Source: Amphiscolops sp. MND2022
Taxonomy: Eukaryota
Direction: 5' to 3'
Length of the DNA: 64,000 nucleotides
NCBI GenBank assembly: GCA_964187785.1
Contig: OZ076409.1
Span: forward strand, 27,964,001-28,028,000
Below the pieces are notes generated by a model that did no database searches, had not been told where the DNA came from, and was given only the letters and a program-made list of their open reading frames with translations. Positions 60,601-64,000 of the stretch are shown piece after piece. Made by a program: the position numbers and the translations under genes. The first letter of the stretch is position 1; the number at the start of each line of letters is the position of its first letter.

Positions 60601-61990
60601 ACTTGGTTCAGGTAAAAAGGTGACGCGGTTGAGCTATGAGTGCTTAACCCTGCCTTATTTACTTTCATTATGCGGGTCATTTGCTTTCAGCGATGAGTTT
60701 GTCAATTTTGTCTGGTAAAGAGTTTTGTAGGGGTACCGATAGACCTGCTACTACTTGGACATAAACTTTAGGTAGACAGGGAACTCTTTCGATGCTGAAG
60801 ACACAATTGTAATTTTGTTTCGATTGGTGACAGCTATCGGTATTGTGATTTTCGGCGCATTTACCACATTTTTGACCCAATTTGCAAGATGATGCTATAA
60901 TGGCCATAATTCTTGCTTTTGAAGCATCTGCTCACCGGAGTATCTGTTTTCTCGATGTATTCGGTAGGTCTGAAAAACAGCTGGTTGACAAAAAGACCGT
61001 TTGCTAATGCTGTCTCTAACATAGTTCTTTCTTGTAAGTCAACTTTGACCAAGGTCTTTCTGGCGTTATCAGATTTTTTGATGAAACGTCTGATTGTGAC
61101 TCTTTCAGTGTCTGTGTGGAGTTGCTCTGTTCCGCCAGCGTCTCGTCGCTGATTCCTGTGTTAACTGTTTTTTTAATTAGAGCATTTCGCCGGCGTTTAC
61201 CAGGGGTTGTAACAATAGTATCTGCACCCATGGCATTTTTATTCCAATTTTGCATTATATCCGCTGCTGTGTCTACGGAGTCGAAGGGATCGTACCTCTA
61301 CTGTTCCTGAAAGCGTGGATCAGTTTTCTACTCTGGCGAACGCCTTTTTGATATCCATACTGTTGGCAAGGCCGCTGTCTGAGTTTTCCACAAGAAGTAT
61401 CTGCTCGATGGACCGCAAAGCTTTCTTTTCCGTAGGCTCGGGTAGCGTTCCTGCTCATTTGGCTGCGTAAACAATTTTGTGTTGCGTTAGTGTATCGCTG
61501 TGTTGTTGGATTTTTCTGTTCACCTCCATCAAGGTAGGTTTCAGGCCAGTAACTGTTGATTCGCATGCAGTACAAGCCTCCTGAATGCCTTCAATTTTTT
61601 CAAAACTTTTTGAAGCTAAATGTTGGTTTCGTGCAATCCCATCTGCGACCATGTTTTTGAGTGTCTTGACGTTTTTTTTCAAGTTCAAGACGCCAGTTTG
61701 GCAACCCTGATTTGAATGTCGTTTTCACTGTCGGTCTGCTTGGTTTACAGAACCACATTGCCCCTTCAGTTTCGTTTATCACATCAATCTGTTGTTTTGT
61801 GAGTCCCACCCAGTTGCCGTGGGACCATTTTTCACAGGAGTTGCAAAAAAAGTGCCAGCTCGTTTCCAAAAGTATTAGGGCAACTGATGCATATCCTTGT
61901 TTTGTTGATTTTCGTCTTGTTACTTTCACTCATTGCTTGCTATTCAACTCATTGCTATTCAGCAACGTGTGTCATTCTACTGAGAAACTG
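57670..61990 (-). mobile_element. Decayed full-length LINE: ORF1 with PHD finger and CCHC knuckles, ORF2 APE + RT (boundaries approximate)
   Basis: CNSCEKWSH...WFCK (61600-61929), CGKCAENHNTDSC, ILTETH, SSVIDL, GHLPV, AYRPTT, DFEKAFDSV and FADD near 58650-58665; many frameshifts. Confidence 0.85.
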
Positions 61991-62229
61991 AAGTCCTTAA
62001 GTTAAATAGACAGTTTCTTCCGTCGTCTCTGAGATGGTCGGATTTTTCTGAAAGGAATCGTTTTTTTTGCGGATCAGATTTCTAAGAATGTATTGCTTCT
62101 TAAGTATAGTATGTAGTAACTTGCGGCCAGTCCCGATGTTTGGGTGTATTTCCTGGAGATCACCATTGAAATTTAGGTTGTTCCTTTTCCAGGTTGACGC
62201 GAGGCGCGTCTTCACGGGAGTGTACGCCT

Positions 62230-62682
62230 TTGATCTAATTGCCGCGGGTCTAATGGAATTAAATCTAACTGTTAGGTCTAACTTTCAGATCTAATTTTAT
62301 CTAAAATACTTAGTTCTAACCCCTTTATGATCTAATATGTGTTCTGAAAGCGAAAGTATAATGTCGGGCATATGCGATGTATGCACGCTCGCCCTCACCG
62401 TCGCAAAGACCAGCTCCCAATACGATCGTTTCGCGATCTCCGTTCCCGCTAGATCTTTGCTCCTGTTCGACCTTGCTTAGCAAGATGGGAATATAAGCGG
62501 CCCAAGGGGCCGCGGGGTATTAGAGGAAATGGGGACAGATTTAGATCCTAATTGACTTATTTTTTTTCTCAAATTAGATCAAATTAGAAGAGATTTTCAG
62601 ACCTGATTATTTATATCAATTTAATTAGATCTCAGTTTTGCCCCCTCTCTTAGATCTATTTAATTAGACCTGATTCCTCGTA
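62230..62682. repeat. MITE-like palindromic element with arrays of GATCTAA / TTAGATC motifs
   Basis: Multiple (a)gatctaa on the left half are mirrored by ttagatc on the right half. Confidence 0.5.
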
Positions 62683-63014
62683 GCTGTCTTCACGTCCAGA
62701 ATAAGAATCCCCGTGCTCTTCAACTTTTGCTGTTTGGTGAGCTTGCCCGTTGGACGCAAAGAATAGCTTCTATTCTGTTCTTGAACGAACACAAAGTGTC
62801 CAACATATTCTTTGTCTAACAGGGTCTGTTTCCGTTACTTCGATGTTTGGAAAAAGATTTGCTGATCACGTTGTGTCATATTACCAATTTTTCAGTTCTA
62901 CTTCTTGAAAGGGAGTTTTGGAGTTTTTTCCCTGGTCTAGGGCTTGTGGGCTTAAAGATAGGCCACGAATTGTCAGAATATTTGTTTTCAGTGCCTTTTG
63001 CTTGGGTGGGGGAG

Positions 63015-64000
63015 AACGGAATAAGACCTACGGAATAAGACCTAAATCGAAAACGAGAATAAGACCTAAGAATTCTTTCATTTTTCGGGAATAAGACCCA
63101 AAGTTTTAGGACTTATTCCTGCTTTTTAGGTCCTTTTCCTGTTCAATGGTATTAATTGTTTTTCAAGTTTTTCAGTCGATATGGAATAATGAGTATAAAG
63201 GGAAATTGAATTTGAGGTGTCATCTCTATCGGAAAGAGTGCACAGGTACAGCCAGCATTGAGGATGGTCTCCTTTTTGAAAATCAGCCCCATTGCCACGA
63301 TAGAGACTTGCATTCCATCGAAAAACTGAAAATTGAGGCCAAAATAAAAGAGGATTCTGAAAAAACACCGCTCGCTCCCCGTGATATATACAACAACCAT
63401 GTAAATGATTCCAATGCTCAAATAAGTCCTTTTCCTAATATTTCTTCAACTATGCGAAAAAGACGTGCAAAAACTTTTCCACCAGTTCCGAAGACGCTCC
63501 CCGAATTCGATCAAACTCTGAGAGAAAACGACCTAGGTTGCATTGAGAAGAAAGTCTTCTATCGTTCCTTTTCAACAGCTGTCGGAGAGTATGCTCTTAT
63601 ATTCTCAACTGAAATTCCTGACGACCTCCTAGAAAAAATTGAAATTCTCCCATGCTTTCTGTCAATGGCCAGAATCGTCTTACAAATTCGGAAGTAGAGG
63701 ATTTTCATAGTAACTTTGGCAAACGTATGGCTCGAAAACGTCTCAATTTTTGGTACTTTCTTAACAAACTGAAAGTTGTTGCCAAAGCTTCTCATTTGGA
63801 AATAATTCAACTTGGTCAGGGTATTTTGACGCGACGATATAAGCGCAAATCCAGCAAAATTATTGATCGATACATCAGCGAAGCTGAACAAAAATTACAA
63901 GAAGAGAGGTATAGAAGCATGGAATTTCTGAAAGCGAAGAGATGGAACTAACGGACTTCACGTTCTGCAGTTTCTGCGAGACCCAAAAGATTGAATTCTG
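63015..64000 (+). mobile_element. Mutator-like (MULE) DNA transposon remnant, internally deleted
   Basis: Terminal array GAATAAGACC x4 with inverted copies; FLYWCH/WRKY-like LRCHLYRKECTG...PHCH; C-terminal RLTNSEVEDFH resembling the MULE TNN-x-x-E motif; central DD domain missing. Confidence 0.65.

Noticed and set aside
63015..63135. GAATAAGACC repeats resembling a CRISPR array
   Set aside because: Eukaryotic context, 10-13 bp units with irregular spacing and inverted copies; fits a MULE terminal array.

Overview
AT-rich eukaryotic (invertebrate-like) genomic window, almost entirely transposon-derived, with one host gene I can assemble: a 3-exon rhodopsin-class GPCR (23986-49223). Other contents are a CR1-group LINE (1-3195), an intact and very young 16.65-kb Ty3/Gypsy element A (3785-20438, 2.35-kb LTRs, AATGA TSD), and a decayed relative, element B (30976-46351, ACCAC TSD), nested in a Tc1/mariner transposase inside GPCR intron 2. 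There is also an LTR fragment of a third related family, a SINE, MITEs, a decayed Gypsy, a PHD-ORF1 LINE and a MULE remnant. The main discovery is that element A carries, antisense to gag-pol, a 7-exon spliced gene. All six GT-AG introns are phase-compatible, giving about 1109 aa with a BED-like zinc finger and what looks like a catalytically dead hAT transposase body. Element B carries a divergent homolog with the same intron phases around the zinc-finger exon. These elements also start Gag inside the LTR, and element A has an extra sense ORF running into its 3' LTR. All comparisons were done by eye; no database searches were run.
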